Assembly: GCA_009914755.4 (NCBI GenBank) | Contig: CP086569.2 | Span: 14,400,001-14,464,000 of the forward strand | Direction: 5' to 3' | DNA length: 64,000 nucleotides | Source of the DNA: the human T2T-CHM13v2.0 reference genome, Homo sapiens | Part shown: piece after piece, positions 1 through 31,592 of the stretch | Numbering within the stretch: position 1 is the stretch's first letter | How the letters are laid out: every line of letters begins with the position of its first letter | Notes under the pieces: generated by a model | The model's database searches: none | The model's input: only the letters and a program-made list of their open reading frames with translations | Told to the model about the DNA's origin: nothing | Made by a program: the position numbers and the translations under genes

Positions 1-26
1 GCTTGCCTTGGCCACTATGCCTGGCT

Positions 27-296
27 ATTTTTTTTTTTTTAAAGAGACAATGCAATCAATCACCATTTACTACAGCCTCGACCTCCTGGGCTCAAGGGGT
101 TGTCCTCCCTCAGCCTTCCCACTAGCTGGGACTACAGGTAGGGACCACCATAACTGGCTAATTTTTTAACTATTTATAGAAAGAAGATCCCCACACATTG
201 CCCAGACTTGTCTTGAACTCCTGGGATCAAGCAGTCCTCCCATCTCTGCTTCCTAAAGTGCTGGGATTACAGATGAGTGCCACTATGCCCAGCCCC
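27..296 (-). mobile_element. Alu SINE (older AluJ/FLAM-like), minus orientation; the first 26 bp of the window are the 5' end of another minus-strand Alu
   Basis: Poly-T head at 27-40 is followed by reverse-complement Alu motifs (cctcgacctcctgggctcaag, cagccttcccactagctgggactacagg, tcctcccatctctgcttcctaaagtgctgggattacag, gccactatgcccagcc). Confidence 0.8.
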
Positions 297-1000
297 AATT
301 AGATAATCTTTATTGTAGCAGTACAAGCCGCAGACAAAACCTCTCAGACACGGAGTTGTAGAATGAAGGGCTTTATTCAGCTAGGAGCATCAGCAAGCTA
401 CTGCCTTAAAATCTGAACTCCCTAAATGCACAATTTCTGTCCTTTTTAAGGGCTCACAACACTAAAGATTTCACATGAAAGAGTTGTGATTGATTTGAGC
501 AAGCAGGCGATATGTGACAGGGGCTGCATGCACCAGTGGTCAGAGAGAAACAGAACAGGGCAGGGAGTTTCACAGTGTTGTTTTATACAGTGTCTGGAAT
601 CTATGAGTAACATCGGTTTCTAAGTTATGAGTTGATTTTTAACTACTGGGCTTAGGCCAGGCAGGCCCAGGCCTGATTTCAGGCCTGGCACTGGGCTACC
701 TGTCTTTGGTTTTACTTCCTTCTTGTTTTTTCTTAAAACAGTTACTGAATAGAAAACAATATAAAACAATATGAGAGATTCTCTCTTCCCTCATTTTGAT
801 TCCGGTAAATGAGAAGAGCTGGTAAAAATTAGACGTAACAGTAAACTGTCTTAAAACTATTTTGGATAACATAAACAACATAGATCTATGAGAAAGTCTA
901 GATAAATCATGATTTTGCTAGGTGACCTTTGACCTTTTAAGATTTGAGATTTGTATAAATTACAACCTAATATTAAAAATAAGCTACATGGGAGACAGCT

Positions 1001-1925
1001 GGCAAGATAGCCTAATAGGAACAGCTCCTGTCTGCATCTCACAGCAAGAGCAACGCAGAAGCAGGTAATTTCTGCATTTCCAACTGAGGTACCCTGTTCA
1101 TCTCATTTTGACTGATTAGACAGTGAGTGCAGCCAATGGAGGGAGAGCACAAGCAGGGTGGGGAGTCACCTCATCCAGGAATTGCAAAGAGCAGGGGAAC
1201 TCCCTCCTCTCGACCCCCACACAATAATAGTGGAGACTTTAACACCCCACTGTCAATATTAGACAGGTGGACGAGACAGAAAATTTATCAGGATATTCAG
1301 GACTTGAACTCAGCTCTGGACCAAGCGAAACCGATAGAAATCTACAGAACTCTCCACCCCAAATCAACAGAATATACATTCTTCTCAGCACCACAAAGCA
1401 CTTATTCTAAAATTGATCACTTAAAAGGAAGTAAAACACTCCTCAGCAAATGCAAAAGAATGGAAATAATAACAGTCTCTCAGACCACAGAGTAATCAAA
1501 TTAGAACTCAGGATTAAGAAACTCAACAAACTGCTCAACTACATGGAAACTGAACAACCTGCTCCTGAATGACTACTGGGTAAATAATAAAATTAAGGTA
1601 GAAATAAGTTCTTTGAGACCAATGAGAACAAAGACACACTTACCAGAATCTCTGGGACACAGCTAAAACAGCGTTAAGAGGGAAATCTGTAGTACTAAAT
1701 GCCCACATCAGAAAGTGGGAAAGATCTAAAATTGACACCCTAACTAACATCACAACTTAAAGAACTGGAGAAACAAGAGCAAACAAATTCAAAAGCAAGC
1801 AAAAGACAAGAAAAACTAAGATCAGAGCAACCCATATTTAAAAAACCCCATTGTCTCAGTCCAAAAACTGCTTAAGCTCACAAGCAACTTTGGCAAATTC
1901 ATAGGATGGTGGTCAGAAAGAGAAG
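1001..1925 (+). mobile_element. L1 (L1PA-like) with internal deletions: first ~170 bp of the 5'UTR joined directly to the ORF2 endonuclease C-terminal segment, then a short ORF2 RT piece
   Basis: 1001-1165 matches the L1 5' end (caagatagcctaataggaacagctcc...gcagaagcaggtaatttctgcatttccaactgaggtacc). 1230-1830 translates to the L1 ORF2 EN region ([12 protein letters not shown]...[27 protein letters not shown]; track ORF 1127..1495). 1840-1910 resembles the ORF2 segment aaaccccattgtctcagtccaaaa...aagcaacttt. Confidence 0.7.
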
Positions 1926-1929
1926 ATAA

Positions 1930-3260
<1,331 letters not shown>

Positions 3261-3295
3261 TTCAGTTTTGAGTTTTGTTGGGGTGGGGGATTATG

Positions 3296-3415
3296 GAATC
3301 ATGCTGTGTTGCCCAGGCTGACTTTGAACTACTGGGCTCAAAATATCCTCCTAATTCAGCCTTCTGAGTAGCTGGGATTACAGGTGTGAGCCACCATCCC
3401 TGCTAATTTTTAAGT
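3296..3415 (-). mobile_element. Partial Alu/FRAM-like monomer, minus orientation
   Basis: gttgcccaggctgactttgaactactgggctcaaaatatcctcctaattcagccttctgagtagctgggattacaggtgtgagccacc. Confidence 0.6.
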
Positions 3416-3889
3416 TTTTATGTTGATCTTCATTAATATTATCCCAAATACAGAAAATCTGTGGAGAAGACTGGATTAATTATTATTTACTTTAGAGCAA
3501 ATAACAACTGCATGCTTCTCTGAATTACAATTTGAGTTACATGCTCTAATTTATTATTTTGGGGTAATGCTATGAGAGCGAGGCATAGATACCAAGGAAA
3601 ATGAATCTGGATGCTTATATTTATATCATTCTCTTCCCTTCCTGAAAGAAGAGTGAAAGACATTCCTCTTTGTATAGAATTCTTATGTCATTTTTAACTT
3701 TTTTGAATGTGGAGAGATCTCATCACAAGAAATTTAAGCTCATTTTGTCAAGCTTTACAATACAAGCCTGTGTACATGGTTATGGATCTCATCTCTCTTT
3801 GGAATGTTACTTAACTTCTGAAGTTAGGTACATATTAATATATCTGGAATTTTTTAAACTCAAAATCTTAACTTTTATTATTGATTTTT

Positions 3890-6400
<2,511 letters not shown>

Positions 6401-6554
6401 AGAAATTCTAAACTACTTTATGTTAACAAATCTAGGAATTTAGATTAAGCGGACAAATTTTTGAAAGTTATAAACTAATAAGTTCACTTATAAGAAATGG
6501 ATAATCTAAATGGTAGAGTTAACTTTTTTTTGAAAGGAAAATAATACTAATTCA

Positions 6555-6950
<396 letters not shown>

Positions 6951-6952
6951 TC

Positions 6953-7056
6953 ATATATATATATATACACACATATATATACACACACATATATATACAC
7001 ATATATATACACACACACACACACATATATATATATACATACATATATATATATAA
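6953..7056. repeat. Compound microsatellite (TA)n/(CA)n/(TATACA)n
   Basis: Direct reading: atatatatatatacacacatatatatacacacacatatatatacacatatatatacacacacacacacacatatatatatatacatacatatatatatat. Confidence 0.95.
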
Positions 7057-7066
7057 AACCAGATAA

Positions 7067-7410
<344 letters not shown>

Positions 7411-7559
7411 AACACATAAAGCATTACAAGGAAAGAAAATTAGATAATTACGGAAAATATCTTCAATCAATGTGATGCCTATGTCCTAAAAAATTTAGTA
7501 AACCAAATGTAGAGATTAAAAATATATTATACTGTTATACTATTGCCAAGGGTATTATT

Positions 7560-8095
7560 ACAGGAATACAGAAATAGAAAAAGAACTAGTGTTAGTTATC
7601 TAGATGGGTATATTAAAACATTTGACAAAACCCAACATCCATTCTAATACACAATGACAATTTCTCAAACAGATTTTAAGAAGCCATATACAAATATCTG
7701 AAACCAGTCTTATGCTTAATGGTGAAAGGCTGAATACTCTGCCCAAAATTATCAGGAACAAGACACGGATGCCTACTGTTACTACTGCTATTCAACATCA
7801 AACTAGATATTCCAGCTAGTATAATAAAAAGTGAGTAAAAAACATCCAGACTCCAACAGGAAAATTAAAACTATTCACTGTTTCACCAAAAAAAGACATA
7901 AATGACTAACAGGCATATAAAAACATTCTAAGTATCACTAATCATTACAGAACTGCAAATTAGGACTGCAGTGAGATATCACATCACACCAATTTGGCAA
8001 TTATAAAAAAAGATAAATATTGATGAAGATATGGAGGAAAAAAACACTTGCACACTGTTGGTAGAAATGTAAATTAACATATACATCTTGTTTCC
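7560..8095 (+). mobile_element. Old L1 (L1M-type) ORF2 3' fragment, the upstream half of an L1M split by the nested L1 at 8097-16112
   Basis: Degenerate ORF2 motifs in order: acatttgacaaaacccaacatccattc, aggaacaagacacggatgcctactgttactactgctattcaacatc, ctgcaaattaggactgcagtgagatatcacatcacacc, gatgaagatatggaggaaaaaaacacttgcacactgttggtagaaatgtaaatt. The matching downstream ORF2-end/3'UTR sequence resumes at about 16640. Confidence 0.55.
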
Positions 8096-8096
8096 A

Positions 8097-16112
<8,016 letters not shown>

Positions 16113-16639
16113 TGCTGACACCTGAACTACAGAACAGAAGGCAACTGGCCTGATTCTTGGGTTACTTTGTGAGAGTTTTGCCATATGGACATTAGATCTC
16201 CTTTTGTCAATATCCTGTTAAAAGAGGTCCTGCAATTGCTGGCAATTATAGTCTTACAATTTAATATTTGTTTGTTTCTGGGGTTATTTTGCTGTTCCAT
16301 TGTATTCAGTCATCACGGTGAAATTTACAGCACTGCTTTTCTATCAGCATCACTATGTATTCTGGTCCTCTTTTCTTTAATGACATTTTTCTTAGGCTGT
16401 ATGACTATATGATCCTAATAAACTTAACTGAACTATGCTGGGGTAAGTGTTGGTTGAATTGCAATCTTCTTTTCATACTCTCTGCCTTTTGAATTAACTT
16501 TGTAAAGCTCAAAGAAAAATATGAAACACCCCAAGCCCTAAATGGATTGGTACAGAGATCCAATTACCTGGTTTTTAAAAACCCAACATATTTATTATGG
16601 AAAATAGTAGCAAGAAATCTCGCTACTATTTTCCATAAC

Positions 16640-17900
<1,261 letters not shown>

Positions 17901-17986
17901 TTTTATCCATGAATTAAAAAATGCGTAAAGGATTATCCTCTCTTCCCATATACATAACTATATTATTAATAAAATTAAATGTAAAT

Positions 17987-18285
17987 TTTTTTTTTTGAGA
18001 CACAGTCTCATTTGTCGCCCTGGCTGGAGTGCAGTGGTGCCATATCAACTCACTGCAACTTCCGTCTCCTGAGTTCAAGCGATTCTCCTGACTCAGCCTC
18101 CTGAGTAGCTGGGACTACAGGCATGTGCCACCATGACCAGCTAATTTTTTATATTTTTTGGTAGAGATGAGGTTTCACCATGTTAGCCAGGATGGTCTTG
18201 ATCTCCTGACCTTGTGATCCACCCACCTCTGTCTCCCAAAGTGCTGGGATTACAGGCATGAGCCACTGCACTCTGCCAAATGTAA
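17987..18285 (-). mobile_element. Alu, minus orientation
   Basis: tttttttttttgagacacagtctcatttgtcgccctggctggagtgcagtggtgcc...cctcctgagtagctgggactacaggcatgtgccaccatgaccagctaatttttt...caaagtgctgggattacaggcatgagccactgcactctgcc. Confidence 0.9.
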
Positions 18286-18289
18286 ATTT

Positions 18290-18800
18290 TTATATTTTGT
18301 GATATAACATTTTATACTGCATGATAGAGGTATATGTACAAAAATTCAACATATCGATGTATGCAGAAAAAGCATTTGACATGAGGCAACCCTTATTCAG
18401 AATGAAAATATTAAGCAAACTAGGAACTAACAATTTTTTTCAACTTTATAAAGAACACCCATAAAAACTTACAGCTAACATCATAATGGTAAAAAACAAA
18501 ATGCTTTTCCCCTAAAATTGAGTACAAGACAAAGATCTCCCCTTTAACTACTTCTGTCAACATTGTACCAGAACTCTGAGCTAATGCAATAAGACATGAC
18601 AAGGAAATAAAAATATGAAAATTGGGAGGAAGGGAATAAAACTCTCATTGTGTACAGATGCAAAGTCTATAAAAATGAATTGTCAAAAATACTTCTGAAA
18701 CTAAGCAGTAATTACAGGAAGGATGCAGGATACAGTTAATATATTAAAATCATTGCTTCCATGTACAAGAATGAAAATTGGAAAATTAAATTAAATATCA
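18290..18800 (+). mobile_element. Old L1 (L1M/L1ME-like) ORF2 reverse-transcriptase fragment
   Basis: gcagaaaaagcatttgacatgaggcaacccttattcagaatgaaaatattaagcaaactaggaactaacaa...aacacccataaaaacttacagctaacatcataatggtaaaaaacaaaatgcttttcccctaaaattgagtacaagacaaagatctcccctttaactacttctgtcaacattgtaccagaa parallels L1 ORF2 ([16 protein letters not shown]...). Confidence 0.5.
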
Positions 18801-19049
18801 CTGAGTGGAACTAGACATCAGCAAGAAGGTGGAATAAGATTTCCAAGCACTAACTTCTCTGCAGGACATCAATTTTAATGACTATCTACGTACATTTTCA
18901 TATATGTACACCTTCAAAGGTGCATAAGAAACCAGGTGAGAGATGATAGCACCTGGGTATAGCACAGAAGTAAAAACAGATGCATTAAAGAGGGTAGAAA
19001 GAAAGCTTTACCATCCCCTACGAGTTAGCAGAGTGTGGAGAGAGATGCT

Positions 19050-21100
19050 CATTGCTTAGGGAATGGAGAGGAAAATGTGCACTGAAATTTGCCTCAGACT
19101 CCAACACTAGGCCTACCCTTAGTAAAACCCAGTGCAAGACAGGCCCCAACATCCCCAGGCTCCAGGCTGGTACCTGGAGACCTGAATGCTGGGATCTTCA
19201 AGCCTGCTTCCCTTGCCAAGCAGAATTCCACAGCCCTAGGCTCCCAGGACTGCTTGTTCTACTTCCAGACCACCTTAGTGCCAGGTTTACCATAGACACC
19301 CCAGGCTCTTGAGCATTCCCAGCACCACAATGACACCCATGGCTGCAGGCCTCAAGCCCACCGCAACACCAGCTGGGCCTTAACAACCCCAGTCATTACA
19401 TGAAAACCCAAGAACCAAGCTTCCAAACCAGCCCATGTTGATATAAGCTCCAGGGCCTCCCAGGACATGGCAAGTTTGTGTGGCCTTAGTCCCTTACCTA
19501 CGGGGTGACCCTCCAAGCTCATCCAGGTACCAGGTGGGACCTGATAGCCCCTCCTTCCATAAATGTGTCCCAGCCCCAGCCTAGCCCCATTAGACTGAAG
19601 TTCTGGGCCTTTATCAATCCTAAACCATCTCCAGCAGCTTAAGTTCTGGAATGCCCTTAGCCCCAGTGTGGCTTCCACAGCCCTAGTAATCAGGTCAATA
19701 CCCACAGACCCAGACTCCAGACTGACCCAAACCCAGGCTCTGGGCCCATACCAGGTTTCTGACCAGCTCTGAGCCAGGTTGGCCTGCGCAGCCCAACCTC
19801 CAAGACTTCTAATGTCTACCTAGTTCCCATGGCTGCACCCTCTAGCCTTGCCTCTGCAGACCCACACTCCAGCAGACTTATTGTTCATGTGCTTTCAAAT
19901 AGACCTCAGCTCTGGACCAGCCCCCAGGTTTCAGGCTGGACCCTCGGCCCCAGAATCCAAGTCAGCCCTCACAGATCTGTCCTCTAGATTAGGACCCACA
20001 CATTCAGTCTCCAGCTTTGCCCAGGGGACTCAAGGTTTATGTTCATTCCCATGGCTCCAGGAACCAAGTAAGTACAGGCAATCTCAATTTCCAAGCTAGC
20101 CCCAATATCCCTAGGCTGCACAGGTGCCACAATGCCAGGCCAGACTCAGGTTCAGGCCAGTCTCCAGAGGACTCAGGATGCAGACCTGATCTTACAGACC
20201 CAGCGACAAGGCCTGATCCAGCAAATCCCAGTGTTAAGCTGTGTCTCACAGGCTGAGGCTCCAAAATTAGCCCTGTCAATCCTTCAGAAATGAAGGGGAG
20301 AAAAAGGCTACCAAACAAAAGGTGAGGGAGCTCGTCACCACCAGACAATGAGAAATGCCAGGAAAAACTTCAAGCTGAAAATTTAAAACAAAACTATTAA
20401 CAAAAAAAATGTGAAAATATAAAACTTACTGGACACTCGAATATCATAACAGTTTAAATATTTGGTATAAAGATGAAAAGACAAAACTATTTAAAATAAT
20501 AATAGCTACAATAATTTGTTAGGGAACACTCAATGTAAAAAGATGCAAAATACTCACCAGAAGCAAAATGTTAGGGGTGGAGTAAAAATGTTCATTTTCT
20601 TAATGCCTTCAAAGTTAAGTTGCTGTCAGCTTAAAATGGACTGTTTTAACCATGTTTTAGGAAAGTCTCATGATAACTACGAAACAAGAAGTACAGTACA
20701 TGCACAAAAGATAAAAAGTAAGGAATAAAATGGTACTACCTGAGGAAACCCAATCACCAAAGGGTTTGAGAGAGGAGGAAAGCAATAAAGGGTCTATAGA
20801 ATAATTTAAAAAAAACCCTAAATGACAGTAGTAAATTCTTATTTATTAATAATTTCCTTGCACATAGATAGACTAAAATCTCCAGTCAATAAACATACAA
20901 TGAAATACAAATAAACAATGACATAACTATACACTGCCTATGACAGACTCACTTCCCCTTTAATGACAATATCAATCTAAATAACACACACAGAGAGATG
21001 CTAAATCATACAGTGCTATAGCAACCTATGGACATATTCAAAGAGTTAAGGGAAAAAGGAATTTTTAAGGGAAAATACTAAGATTACATAATACATTTTA
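19050..21100 (+). mobile_element. Old L1 (L1M-like) 5' region: a repetitive C/A/G-rich putative 5'UTR at about 19090-20300, an ORF1-like stretch, and the ORF2 start at about 20800-21090. The L1PA at 21126-27120 cuts it short.
   Basis: The ORF2 start motif is readable: taataatttccttgcacatagatagactaaaatctccagtcaataaacatacaatgaaatacaaataaacaatgacataactatacactgcctatgacagactcacttcccctttaatgacaatatc (compare L1 ...lniNGLNspiKRhrvaewikkqdp.icCLQEThf...). The same ORF2 continues on the far side of the nested L1PA at 27420-28147. Confidence 0.45.
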
Positions 21101-21125
21101 TTTATTTATTTATTTATTTATTTAT
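21093..21125. repeat. (ATTT)n simple repeat, merging with the poly-A end (seen here as poly-T) of the minus-strand L1PA
   Basis: atacattttatttatttatttatttatttatttattttatta. Confidence 0.8.
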
Positions 21126-27120
<5,995 letters not shown>

Positions 27121-28147
27121 CCCACCTACATAATTTATTTTTAAACAATTATCTTTGGCCACAAGGAACAGTAACAATGGTGGCATCAGTCCAAGATTGG
27201 AAAGGCAATTAACTGGGCAAATGTCCTCACATAAGTATTTTTTTTTCTGTAAAGTTATTATAGCTTTTGTGCAAGGTTGTAGTTTCAGTAGTGTTTTGTC
27301 ATAGTTCTGGTTATCAGGTGTTTGTGCTAAGAATACTTCCTTCAGGCCCTGTCTGACTCCAATTTTCCACGGTTTGACAAAAGTAACTATTTTGATTCTA
27401 ACAGCTTTCACAAGACACATACACTGAAAGTAATGGGATGGAAAAGATATTGCCTAAAAATGAAAACAGAACAGAAGACATTACCACATATTTTTAGAAA
27501 AAAGTAGATATTTAGTCAAAAACTGTGAAAAAAGACAAAGAAGGTCATTAAACAGTTACAGGATCAACTAATCAAGAGATTATGACACTTGTAAATATGT
27601 ACCCAGCATTAAAGCACCTACATATATAAAGAAAATATTAATAGATCTGAAATGAGATATAGATGCAAAGATAGTAGGGGACATCAATACCCCACTTTCA
27701 GCAACAGACAGATTATCCAGAGAGAAAATCATAAGGAAATATTGAACTTAAACTAAACTTTAGACTAAAAGGACTAATAAAAACAGTTGGAACACTTCAT
27801 GTAATAGAAGTAGAATGTACACTCTTCTCAAGCGCACATGGAAGATTTTCTAAGATAGATAATATATTAGGCCACAAAACAAGAGTTAACAAATTTAGTA
27901 TTGACATTATGTCAAGTAACTTTTTTGACCAAAATTGTATGAAACTAGAAATTAAAAATAGAAAATTTTAGAAATTTTGCAAATATGTAGAAATTAAGCA
28001 ACATGCTTCTGAAAATAAATAATAATCGTTGAAGAAATAAAAACTAAACAATGTAAATGACAAAAAAACTGAGTTGTTTTTTGAAAAACCAACAAAATTG
28101 AAAAACCTTTTACCTAGACTATCTCATGAAAAAAGAGAGAAGGGGGG
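27121..28147 (+). mobile_element. Continuation of the L1M from 19050-21100 (ORF2 endonuclease region)
   Basis: 27420-28147 reads as old L1 ORF2 EN: aagaaggtcattaaacagttacaggatcaactaatcaagagattatgacacttgtaaatatgtacccagcattaaagcacctacatatataaag...gtaggggacatcaataccccactttcagcaacagacagattatccagagagaaaatc...cactcttctcaagcgcacatggaagattttctaagatagataatatattaggccacaaaacaag (KEGH..., [31 protein letters not shown]). Confidence 0.55.
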
Positions 28148-30707
28148 ATGAGGTTTAAGATGGCTGACTAGAAGCAGCAAGTGGGCAACACTTTCATAAA
28201 GACGAAATAAAGTAGCAAGTAAATAGTAGCTCTTCAAGTGGATATCTAAGATACCCCATCGGGATTCACCAACGTGGCAAAAGGACTCACAGAGAACAGA
28301 GCAAACCCAGGTAGCGGCCCACCCAGAACTGATGTGGAACTGGGAGAACCTCTCACACAATGAAAGGGTGAATGACTGAGGGTCCCCAGGGGATCCACAC
28401 TTCCCATATGGACCTTCAAATCCTAGGTATGGGTAATCTTCCCTGTCCCCCAGGTCTCTAAGACCAACATAGAGAGGTGCCTAGAGTTTTTGCAGAGCAT
28501 CACTCAAGCCCATGAGGAGCTTTGCCAGTCATGGAGCCCTGTGAACCCTAGCACCAGCTGCCATAACCACAATAGATACTGCAGTCACAGTGCCAAGGTT
28601 GGCTTGGGCTTTCAGCATAATGAACACACTGCCACCTGAATTCTGCAGGTGGACATAACTCTACATTCTCCTAGGAATCACCTGAACTGCAGACCATATG
28701 ATATCTTCTACCCCTGTCCTGCTGCTCCTAGCTAGGCAAGGCTCATTGGTTTAGGCTTCTAGTACAGTGACCTTGCCCCTTCCTGCACACTGGAGTGGAT
28801 CACAGCTCTGTGTTCTTCAGGGACAAACCTCTTAGAGGTAATAGACAATGCTTGACATTGCATGCCCCCAACAGTGAAGTTCAGGATTGTTCAGGTGGGA
28901 AGTATGAGCATGTCATCCACCCAACAGCTTACAGTCTTCATTGCCCCAGCTAAGAAATTCTGATCTCTCCAGTGAAAGGCTCATAGCATAGCCATTCTCT
29001 GCCTGCCTAAGTGTATTACCTGTGGCCCAGAGACCTTCTGAAATCCCAACCCCTACTGCCTTGTGATAGTCCCTCCACCACCTAAGCATTTGATTTGCCC
29101 TTGCCTGAAATTGACCCAGGGACCAGTCCATATCCCTGAGTTCACCCCCATACCACAGCCAGCATTTAATTCTTTACTGGCCTAACCCTGATTCAGCCTC
29201 CTCAGGAATTATACACATTTTTCACCGTGCCATCTAGGCATCTGGGTATTGAAGAATTAACTACCCAGTTTCAACTCTGTTATTACCCGACCATTTCTCT
29301 CAGGACTTGATGTTGTGCTGACCCAATCAGCCAACAACACCATGACCAACACCCATTCTTATGGGCTTAAAGGTCGAGCCCAACATTTACAAGCCCCACC
29401 TTTACAATTACACTCCCCGTCACCCATCCAAACAATGCTGAACTTTACTGTTGGTCATAAACAAAGGTGTCAAGCATTGTCCACTACCTTCATGAGTTTT
29501 GTCCCAGAGAAATGCAGGACTATTATCCACTGCAGTGCTCGGGTAGAGGTAGGGCCATTCTGCGCAGTATTGCTACATCAGAGAACAGGCAAGCCTTAAG
29601 GTTCTCAGTATTGGGTTGAGTGACAAGGATATGCCCTAATCCACTCCCATGAAGAGTTAAAAGTCATTCCTCATGGTTTCAACTACATTGCAGTTCAGAG
29701 ACAGACTACAGTGTGCATCTGAACTAGAAGTTATGAGCCCTGGAACAAAACAGTGATCAGGAAAGAGATTGCATTCTCGCCTATCTAGGATGGGAAAGCC
29801 AGAGAAGCCCCAAGAATCCACCTGTTTATCGACCTATGGAGGCCTCAGCATACTTCACCAGGAGCTTCTTCCAATCACCCTCGTCAGGGCTGATTCCTAC
29901 AGTAACCATTGGGATATGTATGGAAAAGTCAGAAGCCCCATTTCTGCCCAGATGTGTACTGCCACGTGTATAGAATAAGAAGCTTGGGAAATGGGTTTTC
30001 AACTCTTCAGTCCTTCATCTTAAATAATAAAAAATACCTCATAAAAAGCAAAAATCAGTTCCATGCCCATTTGCTTGTGCAGCACCTGGCTTTTACCTGC
30101 AAAGTAAAACTGTACAGCTCAATGGAAAACCTGCCAACAGAAGTTTTTAGGACTATGGAAGAAAGACCAAAAGACATTTTCCAACACAGTGCTCTCCAGA
30201 TGAGAAAAAGCCAGTGTAAGAATTCTGTCACCATGTAAAATCTGAATCTGAATGTTGTGACACCACCAAAGGCTTACCATTGTTCTCCAGCAATTGTCAC
30301 TAACTAAAATCTGCCATTGAGATGACAGATGCATAATTGAAACCACGGATTGCAGGGAAACTCGACATGATCCAAAGTAAGGTTGAAAATCAGCACTAAA
30401 AAACCTCCAAAGAAATCCAGGAAATAAAGGAAGAAATAATCATCTTAAAGGAAATCAATCAAAGCTACTGAACATAAAAAACTCACTTAAAGGATTTCAA
30501 AATACAACAGAAAGCTTTAACTGTAGACTCTACAAAGCAGAAGAAAGAATTTCAGAGCCTGAAGGCCGGTACTAAGTCAGTCAGACACAAATAAAGAAAA
30601 TAGAGTTTTAAAAATGCAATGAAGTCTCTAGGAAATGTAGGATTCTGTGAAGTGACTAAATTTCTGAATTATTGGCATTCCTGAAAGAGAAAGAAAAAGG
30701 TCAACAA
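28148..30707 (+). mobile_element. Old L1 copy A (L1PB/L1MA-like): 5' end, ~2.2 kb 5'UTR and first ~370 bp of ORF1, cut by the young L1PA insertion
   Basis: Begins gaggtttaagatggctgactagaagcagc (the L1 5'-end motif ...aagatggc...). ORF1 motif at 30661-30700 is ctgaattattggcattcctgaaagagaaagaaaaag (RIIGIPEREEK). The sequence resumes at 36828 after the nested element. Confidence 0.6.
30688..30707. repeat. Upstream target-site duplication of the young L1PA (partner at 36808-36827)
   Basis: agaaagaaaaaggtcaacaa immediately 5' of ggaggagccaagatggcc. aaagaaaaaaggtcaacaa recurs immediately after the 3' poly-A tract at 36808-36827. Confidence 0.6.
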
Positions 30708-31592
30708 GGAGGAGCCAAGATGGCCAAATAGGAACAGCTCCTATCTACAGCTCCCAGCCTGAGCGACGCAGAAGATGGGTGATTCCTGCATTTCCATCTG
30801 AGGTATCAGGTTCATCTCACTAGGGAGTGCCAGACAGTGGGCACAGGTCAGTGAGTGCACGCTCCGTGCGTGAGCAGAAGCAGGGTGAGGCATTGCCTTA
30901 CTCCGGAAGTGCAAGGGGTCAGGGAGTACCCTTTCCTAGTCAAAGAAAGGGGTGACGGACGGCACCTGGAAAATCGGGTCACTGCCACCCAAATACTGCG
31001 CTTTTCCGACGGGCTTAAAAACCAGCACACCACGAGATTATATCCCGCACCTGGCTTGGAGGGTCCTACCCCATGGAGTCTCACTGATTGCTAGCACAGC
31101 AGTCTGAGATCAAACGGCAAGGTGGCAGTGAGGCTGGGGGAGGGGAGCCCGCCATTGCCCAGGCTTGCTTAGGTAAACAAAGCAGCTGGGAAACTCGAAC
31201 TGGGTGGAGCCCACCACAGCTCAAGGAGGCCTGCGTGTCTCTGTAGGCTCCACCTCTGGGGGCAGGGCACAGACAAACAAAAAGACAGCAGTAAACTCTG
31301 CAGACTTAAATGTCCCTGTCAGACAGCTTTGAAGACAGCAGTGGTTCTCCCAGTACGCAGCTGGAGATCTGAGAATGGGCAGACTGCCTCCTCAAGTGGG
31401 TCCCTGACCCCTGACCCCTGAGCAGCCTAATTGGGAGGCACCCCCCAGAAGGGGAACACTGATACCTCACACTGCAGGGTACTCCAACAGACCTGCAGCT
31501 GAGGGTCCTGTCTGTTAGAAGGAAAACTAACAAACAGAAAGGACATCCACACCAAAAACCCATCTGTACATCACTATCATCAAAGACCAAAA
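30708..31592 (+). promoter_or_regulatory. L1 5'UTR (internal sense promoter plus antisense-promoter region) of the young L1PA; retains several CpGs
   Basis: Equivalent to positions 1-~890 of the L1PA/L1HS 5'UTR; CpG-containing stretches such as cacgctccgtgcgtgagc, ccgacgggc and cacgagatt survive. Role follows from established L1 biology. Confidence 0.6.

Noticed and set aside
19090-20300. Possible CpG island or promoter (C/G-rich look)
   Set aside because: CpG dinucleotides are almost absent (only isolated cg at ctacgggg and gcgcag). The C-richness comes from repeated ccagg/cccag words, so it is not a CpG island.
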